Below, in pieces: positions 11,757 through 21,162 of a stretch of DNA of 64,000 bases. Position 1 is the first letter of the stretch, and each line of letters starts with the position of its first letter. A program made the translations under genes and the position numbers. Origin of the DNA: an uncultured Chloroflexia bacterium (GTDB taxonomy: Bacteria > Chloroflexota > Anaerolineae > CG2-30-64-16); contig CAWEMM010000006.1 in assembly GCA_963810095.1 (NCBI GenBank), positions 1,664,001-1,728,000 of the forward strand, given 5' to 3'. The notes beneath the pieces are model-generated. The model was not told the DNA's origin and did not search any database. It worked only from the letters and a program-made list of their open reading frames with translations.

Positions 11757-11981
11757 ATGAAGAAGCTGACGATTGCGGACATGTACGGCGTCGGTGCGGC
11801 AGTGGCGCTGGCAATCATGGTGATCGTGAATAACCCGGCCGTGATGCTGGGGATTTCGGCCGCCGGCATCCTGGTCGGTTTCTGGGTGCTGAGCCGGGGC
11901 GAAGTGCGCCGGGTGGCTTTCGTGGCATTTGTCGCGTTTGTCGTGGCGGGTGCGTTCGCCGTGTTCAAACTGACCGGCTGA
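11757..11981 (+). CDS. Small membrane protein
   Basis: 74 aa, about three hydrophobic segments, GGGGAG RBS, fills the operon gap. Confidence 0.65.
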   Translation: MKKLTIADMYGVGAAVALAIMVIVNNPAVMLGISAAGILVGFWVLSRGEVRRVAFVAFVAFVVAGAFAVFKLTG

Positions 11982-12008
11982 ACTGATTTATCTCAGCGAG
12001 GGACCTCC

Positions 12009-13604
12009 ATGGCAGACAACGGAACTCGCATCCTGGCACAGGCCAATCCCGCCGTCATCGTGATCTTTGGCGCCAGCGGCGACCTGACGCAGCGCAAGCT
12101 GATCCCCGCGCTTTACACGCTTTACGCGGAGGGCCGGCTAGGCGAGCAGTTTGCGGTGGTGGGCGTGGCGCGCTCGGAGATGGGCGGGAAGAAAGCCGAC
12201 GCGGGGTTCAGCGGCCACCTGCGCGACTCGGCCCTCAAGAACGCGCGCGTCGAGGATCACGCCAAATGGGAGGACTTCGCGAAGCACCTCCACTACTGCC
12301 GGGGTGAGTACGACGCGCCGGAGACCTACGAACAGCTTGGCCAGGTCCTGGCCGATCTGGATGGGGCATACGATACGGTCGGCAACCGCCTCTTCTACCT
12401 GGCGACGCCGCCACAGCTCTACCTCGGCGTGGTGGAGCAGCTGGGCAAGGCCGGGCTGGACCAGGGCAGGGGGTTCGCCCGCATTATCGTCGAGAAGCCG
12501 TTCGGCCATGACCTGGAAAGCGCGCAGGACCTCAACCAGCGCATCCACGAAGTCTTCGACGAGAGCCAGGTCTACCGCATCGATCACTACCTGGGCAAGG
12601 AGACCGTCCAGAACATTCTCGCCTTCCGGTTCGCCAATGCGATCTGGGAGCCCTTGTGGAACCGCAACTACGTGGACCACGTGCAGATCACGGCGTCGGA
12701 GACGGTGGGCGTGGAGGGCCGCGCAGGATACTTCGAGAGCGCCGGGGTGCTGCGCGACGTATTTCAGAATCACCTGCTCCAGCTGCTCACGCTGACCTGC
12801 ATGGAACCACCCGCGGCCTTCAATGCGAAGTTTCTGCGCGACGAGAAGGTCAAGGTCTTACAGGCGGTGCGAAGGTTGCGGGCGGAAGATATCGCGCGGG
12901 GCACCGTGCGCGGACAGTACCGCACGTACCGCGACGAGCCGGGGGTGACGAAGGGCTCCGTTACGGCGACCTTTGGCGCGGTGTGCCTGTACGTGGACAA
13001 CTGGCGCTGGCAGGGCGTGCCGTTCTTCCTCCGCTCGGGCAAGCTGCTGCCCGCGAAGGTCACGGAGATCACCGTGCAGTTCAAGGACGTGCCACATCAG
13101 CTTTTTCCGCGCGCCTCAGACGGCGGGCCGGAAGGCCGGAACGGTATGCCCCACGCGAATTTCCTGAGCCTGTGCATCCAGCCTGACGAGGGCGTGCACC
13201 TGCGTATCGAGGCCAAGGTCCCGGGCCAGGGGATGCGGATGCGGTCGGTCGAAATGGAGTTCAATTTCGGCGACGCGTTCGGCGAGGCCGCGCTGCCCGA
13301 TGCGTACGAGCGCCTGCTGCTCGACGCGCTGGCGGGCGACGCGTCCTCTTCGCCCGTTCCGACGAGATCGAGCAAAGCTGGCAGATCATCGACCCGATTG
13401 CTGCGGCCTGGGAGCAAGGCACCGCACCGGTCGCGGGTGAGTGGCAGGCGATTACCGCGCCCGCCCTCGAATTCTATGAGCAGGGCACCTGGGGACCGTT
13501 GAGCGCGGACCAACTGCTGGCCGCGCGGCGGGCGCCACTGGCGTCTCGGTTGCTATCATGAGCAGCCACCCGAGGACCCCAAGCCGAAGCGAGGAAGCTC
13601 GTGA
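12009..13604 (+). CDS. zwf: Glucose-6-phosphate 1-dehydrogenase (two frameshifts in the 3' part)
   Basis: [35 protein letters not shown]. Shifted frames give [10 protein letters not shown] and Y.QGTWGP, ending at the GTGA overlap with pgl. Confidence 0.95.
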
Positions 13605-14351
13605 CGCACGCAGTCTTGCCGTCGGCCCAGGCCGTGGCTCGCGAGGCGGCCGAACGAGTATTAGCCTCGGCTCAAGACGCGATCGGGGCGCGCGGGCATT
13701 TCAGCATCGCACTCGCGGGTGGATCGACCCCCGCCCTGCTGTACGAACTGTTGGCGTCGCCCGAGTATCGTTCACGGCTGGATTGGACGCGGACGTCGGT
13801 GTATTTCGGCGACGAGCGCTGCGTGCCGCCTGACCATGAGTGGAGCAATTACGCGCTGGCGCGGCGAACGCTGCTCGACCGGGTGCCACTTGCGGCCGCC
13901 AACGTTCACCGCATTGCAGGGCGAGTTGCCGCCTGGCGAAGCCGGCGCGGCCTATCAGGCCACCCTCGAAACAACGATGGCCTGCGACGCCGGTCAACCG
14001 CCGCGGTTCGACCTCATCCTGTTGGGCATGGGTGACGACGGCCACACGGCGTCGCTTTTTCCCGGAATGCCCGCGCTAGGCGAGCGGGCGGCTTGGGTCG
14101 CTGACACGGCTGTGCCGGCATACGTGCAGCCGCAGGTGTCACGCGTGACGCTGACCCTGCCTGTCCTGAACGCCGCACGGGAAGTTCTCTTCATCGTAAC
14201 GGGCCGGGGCAAGGCCGAGGCGGTGCAGAAGGTGTTCGTAGGGGCAGAGCGGCAGGGCGCCCCCTTGCTGCCCGCGGCGCAAGTCCGCCCGTACGATGGC
14301 GTTTTGGCCTGGCTGCTTGACGAGCCGGCCGCGTCTTTGATGAAGGAGTAG
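13601..14351 (+). CDS. pgl: 6-phosphogluconolactonase (frameshift near 13920)
   Basis: LAGGSTP, FGDERCVP, SNY, FDLILLGMGDDGHTASLFP, RVTLT. Confidence 0.95.
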
Positions 14352-14354
14352 CCC

Positions 14355-14805
14355 GTGGGCAAGCGTGGTGAGGGGTGGGTTGCGCTTCAGATGATCCTCT
14401 TTGTCATCATCCTGGTCGTACCGCGCATTCCCCCGGTTACCTTTCCCGTGTGGCTGCGAGGGGCTCGGCCTCGTGTTGCTTGCGGCCGGCGGGGCGGTTG
14501 GCACGTGGGGCATCCTGGCGTTGGGGAAGAACCTCACCGCCGTGCCCAAGCCCATCGAGGGGGGTGTGTTGGTGACGAGCGGGCCCTACGCGTTTGTGCG
14601 CCACCCAATCTACACTGGCTTGATCCTTGGCACACTCGGCTGGGCGCTCTTTCGAGCGAACGTGCTTGGCGTGGGCCTTGCCCTCGTGCTCTTCATCTTC
14701 TTTGACTTGAAGTCTCGCCAAGAGGAGCGCTGGCTGGCCGAGGCGTACCCGGGGTATGACGCATACCGGCACCGGGTGCGGAAACTGATCCCCTGGATCT
14801 ACTGA
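14355..14805 (+). CDS. Isoprenylcysteine carboxyl methyltransferase/PEMT family membrane protein (frameshift near 14460)
   Basis: LVTSGPYAFVRHPIYTG, EERWL...YPGY..Y..RV.KLIP. Confidence 0.85.
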
Positions 14806-14812
14806 GACAATA

Positions 14813-14847
14813 AAGAGACCCGGTTTCGATCAGAAACCGGGTCTCTT
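14813..14847. terminator. Perfect 15-bp inverted repeat between convergent genes
   Basis: AAGAGACCCGGTTTC-gatca-GAAACCGGGTCTCTT. Confidence 0.65.
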
Positions 14848-14858
14848 GTATCCCCGAT

Positions 14859-15576
14859 TTACAGCCAGCCTTGCCGGCGGGCGAACTGCGGACAGGTAGG
14901 GGACCTCCACCCGTTTCCCGTTGTACGCCTGGAGCGCATAATAGAGCGCCAGGGCGTGCGGCACGAAGAAGATGACCCACAGGCACGCCGCCCCACACCC
15001 GAGCGTCACGATGGTGAGGACCGTGAAGACCACTGCCGCCACGATCTCGTACACGAGGGCCGCGACGTAGAACAACAGCGACGTGACCGCGTGATGGCGC
15101 TGGAAGGGCCGGTTCTTCGTGTTCTCCGAGAAGAGCTGGATGAGCGACACGATCGGGATCTGCAGAATCGCCATCGACAGCCACGCCAGCATGGACAGCA
15201 GGCGGTCGTCGTCCGTCCCTTCGGGGACAAAGGCCGCGCCGCTCTTTGGGCTGGCGCCCGGCGCCTGGTAACCTGCAGCGGGTAACGCTGCCGCAGGGCC
15301 GGCAGGACCCGGCTCGAAGGCGGGCAGCTCGCCGGCGGGCTCGCTTGTCTCCGCCGGTGTGACCGGGTTGGGTGCAGCATAGGCCGGCGGGATAAGCTCG
15401 TCCTGCAGGTCGCGCAGGTCGCGCGTCACGGAGTCTGCCGTGTCTCCGAGCTCTGCCCCGAGTCGTTCGTCCGGGTGTTCAGACGGCCCCGGCGCGTCTT
15501 CCATCGGCCCTGAACCCCCGCTCATTCCCGGCGTGGATTCAGGCGGTAAATCCTTGCGTTCTTCGTCAGACATCAT
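14859..15576 (-). CDS. DUF4870-like membrane protein with acidic/Pro-rich N-terminus
   Basis: DDDRLLSMLAWL...PFQRHHAVTSL, three TM helices, AYNGKRVEVPY. Start after GGAGG. A 3' frameshift restores QFARRQGWL-stop at 14859. Confidence 0.75.
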
Positions 15577-15747
15577 GTCCTCCCTCGATCTACGATGCTT
15601 TACGCACTTGCCCGAGCAGAAGTTTCGTGGATGACCCCTTCGTGGGCGCGTCCGTCTTGGCGGATCGCGGCGCAACTCGTTGACAGGGGCTGCGTATAGT
15701 GTTGTGAGAGCGCCAGTATGGGCGCAACTAACCACGGAGGAGTCATC

Positions 15748-16380
15748 ATGAAAGATAATCGCACAGGTGCACTGGCGGTCGGCGCACTCCTGGTGGCCTT
15801 GGGCATCTTGTTTTTGCTGCAGAACTTCGGCATCTTCGGAAGCGTGGCCAACCTGATTTGGCTCGTGCTGTTCGGCGGGGGCGGTCTCGCCTTCCTGTAT
15901 GTGTTTGCAACGAACCAGCAGCAGTGGTGGGCAGTCATCCCGGGCTTCGTTCTGTTGGGGCTGGCCGTTCTGATCGGTTTCGGCGACAAGCTCGGCGACT
16001 GGGGCCCCGCTTTGTTCCTGGGCAGCATCGGCCTGGCCTTCTGGGTCATCTTCGTGGTACGCCGGGATTTTTGGTGGGCAATAATCCCCGCGGGCACGCT
16101 GAGCACACTCGCTCTTGTCGCCATACTGGCCGATCGCCTGCAAGGTGAAGTGGTGGGCGGCCTGTTGTTCCTGGGCCTGGCCGCAACCTTCGGCCTGGTC
16201 TACGTCCTCACCGGTCATGAGTCTCGGCAGCGCTGGGCGATCATCCCCGCCGGCATCCTCGGGGTGTTGGGCTTGCTGCTGACCCTGTCGATGGGCGGCC
16301 TGGTCAACTACATCTGGGCGCTGGCGCTGATCGGCGCGGGCGTCTTTCTCTTGAGCCGGACGGGGATCTTCCAGCGCTAG
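15748..16380 (+). CDS. LiaF/LiaI-like multi-pass membrane protein
   Basis: GALLVALGILFLLQN start, three W(W)AxIPxG repeats, final WALALIGAG; GGAGG RBS. Confidence 0.75.
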   Translation: MKDNRTGALAVGALLVALGILFLLQNFGIFGSVANLIWLVLFGGGGLAFLYVFATNQQQWWAVIPGFVLLGLAVLIGFGDKLGDWGPALFLGSIGLAFWVIFVVRRDFWWAIIPAGTLSTLALVAILADRLQGEVVGGLLFLGLAATFGLVYVLTGHESRQRWAIIPAGILGVLGLLLTLSMGGLVNYIWALALIGAGVFLLSRTGIFQR

Positions 16381-16476
16381 GTTTTCCGGGCAGGGCGCGT
16401 GTTTTCCGGGCAAGAGGAGGGTATGCCCTCCTCTTGCCACACAAGACGAGATCGCATCTGAGGTTATGGGGGAAAT

Positions 16477-17406
16477 ATGAACGAGCGAAGGCATTACCGG
16501 GGCGGTTTTGTGTGGCCCATCATCCTGATCGGCGCGGGCATCGTGTTCCTGCTGAACACGCAGGGGTTGGTCGGCTGGAACGTGTGGGATACGCTGTTAC
16601 GCTTGTGGCCGCTGCTGCTGATCGCAGTGGGCATCGATATCCTGGTCGGCCGGCGGTTTCCGCTCGGGTCGGCGCTGCTTGCCCTGGTGTTGGTTGTGGT
16701 CCTGGTCTTAGCCGTGCAGGGCGCAATTCCCACCACCGTAAACGCAGGCGCGTTGACAGTGGAGCAGACGCAGACGATCAGCGAGGATCTGAAAGGCAAC
16801 ACGAAGGCGGCGGTCGAGATTGGTTTCGGGGCGGGCAACCTGAACATCGCCGCACTCGCCGAGGGCAGCCCTCAACTGGTCGAGGGCACGGTCGACCTCA
16901 GTCGCGACGAGCGGATCGACCGGAGCTACAGCGCCAACAACGGCACGGCGAAGTATGTCCTGAAGAGCCGCGGCTCATTTAGCATGGGTCCCGAGATACT
17001 GGGCGAGTCCCAGAAGAAGTGGGCGCTGGCCCTGAGCCGGGATGTCCCCCTCGAGCTCAAGGTCAGCACGGGCGCCAGCAAGTCGATGCTCGACCTGACG
17101 GGCCTGGACCTGCGGCGGCTGGACATCGACGCCGGCGTGGGGCAGGTCACGATTAAGCTGCCCGCCAGCGGACAATACCCGGTTACGGTCGATGGCGGCG
17201 TCGGCCAGGTGGTGATCATGATCCCACAGGGCGTGGCAGCCCGGGTGGAGGCGAAGGACGGCCTGGGCGGGGTGACCACCGAGGGCAACTTCCGTCAGAC
17301 GGGCCATACTTATACGACCGGCAATTATGCTTCAGGCACAGACCGGGTGGACATACAGGTGAAGAACGGGGTGGGACAGGTTGTATTGAAGTCGTTGAGT
17401 GAGTAG
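16477..17406 (+). CDS. DUF5668/LiaF-type N-terminal TM region plus toast-rack (DUF2154-like) domain
   Basis: WPIILIGAGIVFLL, LWPLLLIAVG, repeated GVGQV/GAGNL beta motifs. Confidence 0.8.
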   Translation: MNERRHYRGGFVWPIILIGAGIVFLLNTQGLVGWNVWDTLLRLWPLLLIAVGIDILVGRRFPLGSALLALVLVVVLVLAVQGAIPTTVNAGALTVEQTQTISEDLKGNTKAAVEIGFGAGNLNIAALAEGSPQLVEGTVDLSRDERIDRSYSANNGTAKYVLKSRGSFSMGPEILGESQKKWALALSRDVPLELKVSTGASKSMLDLTGLDLRRLDIDAGVGQVTIKLPASGQYPVTVDGGVGQVVIMIPQGVAARVEAKDGLGGVTTEGNFRQTGHTYTTGNYASGTDRVDIQVKNGVGQVVLKSLSE

Positions 17407-17417
17407 GTCCAGCCACA

Positions 17418-17477
17418 TCGGTTAAGACAGACACGGGATGCGGGGCAGGGCCCCCATCCCGTGTCTGTCTTAACCGA
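17418..17477. repeat. Perfect 23-bp inverted repeat (intergenic hairpin)
   Basis: TCGGTTAAGACAGACACGGGATG-14 nt-CATCCCGTGTCTGTCTTAACCGA. Confidence 0.8.
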
Positions 17478-17554
17478 CTCCTCCGCGCTCGGGAATTGCG
17501 CTGCCAGAACTCGCCTCCTCTTTATGCTACAAAAGTCACACAGGAGGCATCCAT

Positions 17555-18559
17555 ATGAATTTCGAGATGTGGGGGCAGGCGCTCCGCATTATCCCGCGCC
17601 TGAGCAAGCCGGAGTGGGACCGGCTCGATGTGGTTTCCAAGTGGCTGATCGCGACGCGGGCGGCCGTGTTGATCATGACTTTTATTTCGGCCGCGATTGC
17701 GGGCATCTTCGCCTTCCGCAGCGGCGAATTCCAGTTGGTGCCGTGGCTGCTGCTGGTCATTGGCCTCGTCCTGGCTCATGCCACCAACAATCTGCTGAAT
17801 GACCTGACGGACTACCGGCGGGGGGTCGACAAGGACAACTATTTCCGGACGCAGTACGGCGCGCAGCCGCTGGAGCAAGGGCTGTGGACGCAGCGTGACC
17901 TGCTGCGCTATGCTGCGGTGACCGGCCTGGTGGCGGTGGCGACGGGCGTGTTCTTCGTGGTCACGCGCGGCTGGCCCGCGGTGATCCTGCTGGCGCTGGG
18001 CGCGTTATTCGTTCTCTTCTACACCTGGCCGCTGAAGTACGTAGGGCTGGGCGAGCTGGCAGTCATTATCGTCTGGGGTCCCCTGATGGTGGCGGGCGGC
18101 TACTTTGTCATCACCGGGCACTGGAACTGGAACGTGGTCCTCGCCAGCATCCCCTATGCGCTGGGGCCGACGACCGTGATCTTCGGCAAGCACATCGACA
18201 AGTACGCGCCCGACAAGGCGAAGGGGATCCACACGCTGCCGGTCATCATCGGCGAGCATGCGGCGCGTAACGTGGCGAAGGGCATGTTCATCCTGCAGTA
18301 CGCGCTGGTGATCTACCTGGTCGCGACGGGCTTTTTCACGCCGGTGATGCTGCTGGTGCTGCTGGCAGCCGTTAACCTGCCGCGGGTGTGGCAGGTGTAC
18401 AGCAAGCCCTATCCCAGCGAACGCCCGGCCGATTTTCCGGAAGAGGCCTGGCCGACGTACTTCGCAGCCACGTCTTTCTTCCACAACCGGACCTACGGCC
18501 TCATCTTCATCGTGGCCCTGCTGATCGATTCGGTTCTGAAGGTAACGGGCGTGTTCTAG
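17555..18559 (+). CDS. menA: UbiA-family prenyltransferase, 1,4-dihydroxy-2-naphthoate prenyltransferase type
   Basis: NLLNDLTDYRRGVD, YTWPLKYVGLGE, D...DKAKGIHTLPV. Confidence 0.8.
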   Translation: MNFEMWGQALRIIPRLSKPEWDRLDVVSKWLIATRAAVLIMTFISAAIAGIFAFRSGEFQLVPWLLLVIGLVLAHATNNLLNDLTDYRRGVDKDNYFRTQYGAQPLEQGLWTQRDLLRYAAVTGLVAVATGVFFVVTRGWPAVILLALGALFVLFYTWPLKYVGLGELAVIIVWGPLMVAGGYFVITGHWNWNVVLASIPYALGPTTVIFGKHIDKYAPDKAKGIHTLPVIIGEHAARNVAKGMFILQYALVIYLVATGFFTPVMLLVLLAAVNLPRVWQVYSKPYPSERPADFPEEAWPTYFAATSFFHNRTYGLIFIVALLIDSVLKVTGVF

Positions 18560-18582
18560 CCGGGATACTGCTCTGGCGCGGG

Positions 18583-18633
18583 GCATGGGGCGCGGGACCG
18601 CCCGCCAGCGGCGGGCGGTCCCGCGCCCCATGC
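18583..18633. terminator. Perfect 23-24 bp GC-rich inverted repeat between convergent genes
   Basis: GCATGGGGCGCGGGACCGCCCGC-cagcg-GCGGGCGGTCCCGCGCCCCATGC. Confidence 0.65.
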
Positions 18634-18643
18634 TGCCGAGGGC

Positions 18644-19880
18644 TCAAACAACAATCTTCTGGAACAGTGCCTCGAGTTGGTCCGCGTGGGCGCCCAGGCG
18701 TGTCGGGCGGGCGCACGCCGGCGCGCAGCGCCGCCAACTCGGCCGGCGAGTCGAGCAGCGCCTGGAGCGCAGCACGCCACGCTTGCACGTCGCCAGGGGG
18801 CAGCAGACGGCCGTCGACGCCGTCCCGGACGCGGTCGGCCAGCGGCCCAAGTCGAGAGGCCAGCACAGGCGCGCCGGCAATGAACGCCTCTGAGACGATG
18901 AACGAGTAGGTCTCGTACCACAGGGCCGGCACCGCGACTACGTCCGCTTGCGCCAGCGCCTGCCACACCTGGTCGCGATCCAGCCGGCCCAGGAAGCGGA
19001 CGTTCGCTCCCGCCAGTCGTCGTAGTTCCCGGCTGTAACCTGGGTCTGCAGTCTCATCCCCCGCAATCCATAGCTCGGCTTCACCCCTCAGCCCGGCAAA
19101 CGCCTCGATCAGGACGTGCACGCCTTTCTGCTTCGCCAGCCCCCCGATATAGGCGACGCGGAACGGCCCGTCATGATGCTGCCGCGGCAGGGGCGCCGGG
19201 TAGGCCAGCGCGGGGGCGAGCACCTCGACATTGCGCGCGGGAAACCCGTGCCCCACGTACCAGCGCCGCACGAACTCGGTGGGCGCGATCAGGCGGGCGG
19301 CGCCTTCGATGACCGGTTGCAGCGACTCGTTGCGCCGGGCCATTACCGGCGCAACGAGTGGGAGCGCAGGCAGCAGGTTGGGATGGCCCGCCCGGGCAAT
19401 GGCACAGTGCGCACAGTTGAAAAAGGTCGTCGACGGCCCGCCACAGATCTCCCCGCTGTAGTTTGTCAGCAGCTGTGCGTTGGCGCAGCGCCACCAGAAG
19501 TCCCACAGCGTAATCACATACGGCACGCCGGCCTCGTGGATTGTCCGGACGACCACGCTTGGCAAGCCCATCATGTGTTGGATGTGGACGATGTCGGGGG
19601 CAAAGCGCTCGAAGGTGCGGGTAAACTCGGCCCGGAGCCCGCTGTCCCGATACAGCGCCAGGAAGCGCCGCAGGGGCGTGACAGGACCCACATGCGCGCG
19701 CCAGACCGTCACCCGGTCGTCCTGCCGGCTGCTGACCCCCGCCGGACCCCCGTCGGAAGGGTAGAACACCCCCACCTCGTGCCCGCGCGCCGCCAGCTCG
19801 TGGGCGATTGCCTGCGTGTAGAGCTCCGTTCCGCCGACCCGCTCGGGCAGATACTGGTGAACGAGGTTTAGGATCCGCAT
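18644..19880 (-). CDS. Glycosyltransferase family 4 (3' frameshift)
   Basis: MRILNL...GGTE, YIGGLAKQKG, ETYSFIVSEA; true end HADQLEALFQKIVV in ORF 18644..18880. Confidence 0.9.
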
Positions 19881-19884
19881 GGCA

Positions 19885-21162
19885 TTACGGCTTCCGGGCG
19901 GCCAGGCGAGTGTAGAGCGCCTCTATCTTGGGGAACTTGCGCGCCCACGTGTGTTGGGCATAGACCTTCGCTCGGCCGGCCTCGCCCAGCGCTTCCCGGC
20001 GCTCAGGGCTATCCAGCAACCGGCGCAGCGCGGCTGTCAGTGCCGGCATGTCGCCAAATGGCACCAGCATCCCGTCCTGTCCGTCCGTGATGACGTCGGT
20101 CACGCCCCACGTGCCGCGCCCCGATGACCGGCTTGCCGTACAGCCAGGCCTCCAGGTACACGATCCCGAACGAGTCGGTGCGGCTGGGCATGGCGAAAAT
20201 GTCTGCGGCGGCCAGCAGATCGCGCTTCTCCGCATCAGACACGGGGCCCAGCAGGCGTATCCGTTCACGGTCGGCGGGGGGAGAGCGGCGAGGTACTGGA
20301 CGAACGGCTCGAGCGGCGCGCCGGCCAGGACCAGTTCCACTGCGACGCCGGCTTGCCACAGCCCACGCACCGCCTCGACGACGTGGACCGTCCCCTTGTC
20401 GTACATGAGGGTCGAGAGCGAAGCGATAATGGGGGCGCTCAATCCATTGCGCGCCCGCCAGGCCGCACCGTCGCCACCCAGCACCTCCGCCGGGTCGATG
20501 CCCGGCCCCGCGACTGCGATCTTTTCCTCGGGGATCCCTTGCCCTCTGTAGAACTCGCGCTCGCTCGCGGTCATCGCGACGACTGCGTCGCTGCCACGGA
20601 CCAAGGCCACCTGGTGACGCATCGTATAGAAGCGGCTCAGCGCGTCTTCGCCCGGCCGCGTGCCCGCGCCGAGATGGGTGAGTGGGTAACAAACAAAGGG
20701 CAGCTTGCGGCGGCGCGCCAACTGGAGGCCGGCCAGGATGAGGGGTTCGAAGCAGATGGTGGACGCGGCCACCAGGTCGAACTCGGTCTCGTCCGTGGCC
20801 AGCCAGCGCCACAGATCGGGCACCCACGGGGTGAAGCGGGAGAGGGCGTTGAGCCAGGCAACAGGCGCGACGTTGCCGGCTGACAAGAGCCAGATCAGCC
20901 GGCGCACGGCAGGATAGGAGAGTTGCGGAAATGGCAGGTGGCGCACCGGGAAGCGTCGGATGCTGACGCCGCGATGCGTCGACCGTGGGTCAGCGATCCG
21001 GCGGCGCGCCCGATTCCAGAACAACTCGATGTCGAGCGCATCGGTCGTTGCAACCGTTACTGCATGTCCGTTTGCGACCAGTTGCTCGGATATGTGGGCG
21101 AGGTAACTCTCGGCGCCGCCGATGGCCGGCCAGTAGCGCTGGCTTAGGTGAAGAACACGCAC
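19885..21162 (-). CDS. Glycosyltransferase family 4 (two compensating frameshifts, ~20280 and ~20120)
   Basis: YWPAIGGAE, DKG; DIFAMPSRTDSFGIVYLEAWLYGKPV in the alternate frame. Confidence 0.9.
   Translation of the reverse strand: MRVLHLSQRYWPAIGGAESYLAHISEQLVANGHAVTVATTDALDIELFWNRARRRIADPRSTHRGVSIRRFPVRHLPFPQLSYPAVRRLIWLLSAGNVAPVAWLNALSRFTPWVPDLWRWLATDETEFDLVAASTICFEPLILAGLQLARRRKLPFVCYPLTHLGAGTRPGEDALSRFYTMRHQVALVRGSDAVVAMTASEREFYRGQGIPEEKIAVAGPGIDPAEVLGGDGAAWRARNGLSAPIIASLSTLMYDKGTVHVVEAVRGLWQAGVAVELVLAGAPLEPFVQYLAALPPPTVNGYACWAPCLMRRSAICWPPQTFSPCPAAPTRSGSCTWRPGCTASRSSGRGTWGVTDVITDGQDGMLVPFGDMPALTAALRRLLDSPERREALGEAGRAKVYAQHTWARKFPKIEALYTRLAARKP

Noticed and set aside
2909-14805. Pseudogene or programmed-frameshift interpretation of the split fabH, fabF, zwf, pgl and others
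   Set aside because: Catalytic motifs are intact with no in-frame stops, and many unrelated housekeeping genes are hit. Sequencing indels are more parsimonious.
15577-16494. Upstream 306 aa of ORF 14830..16494
   Set aside because: Mostly antisense to the plus-strand membrane gene. The real minus-strand gene starts at 15576 after an SD sequence.
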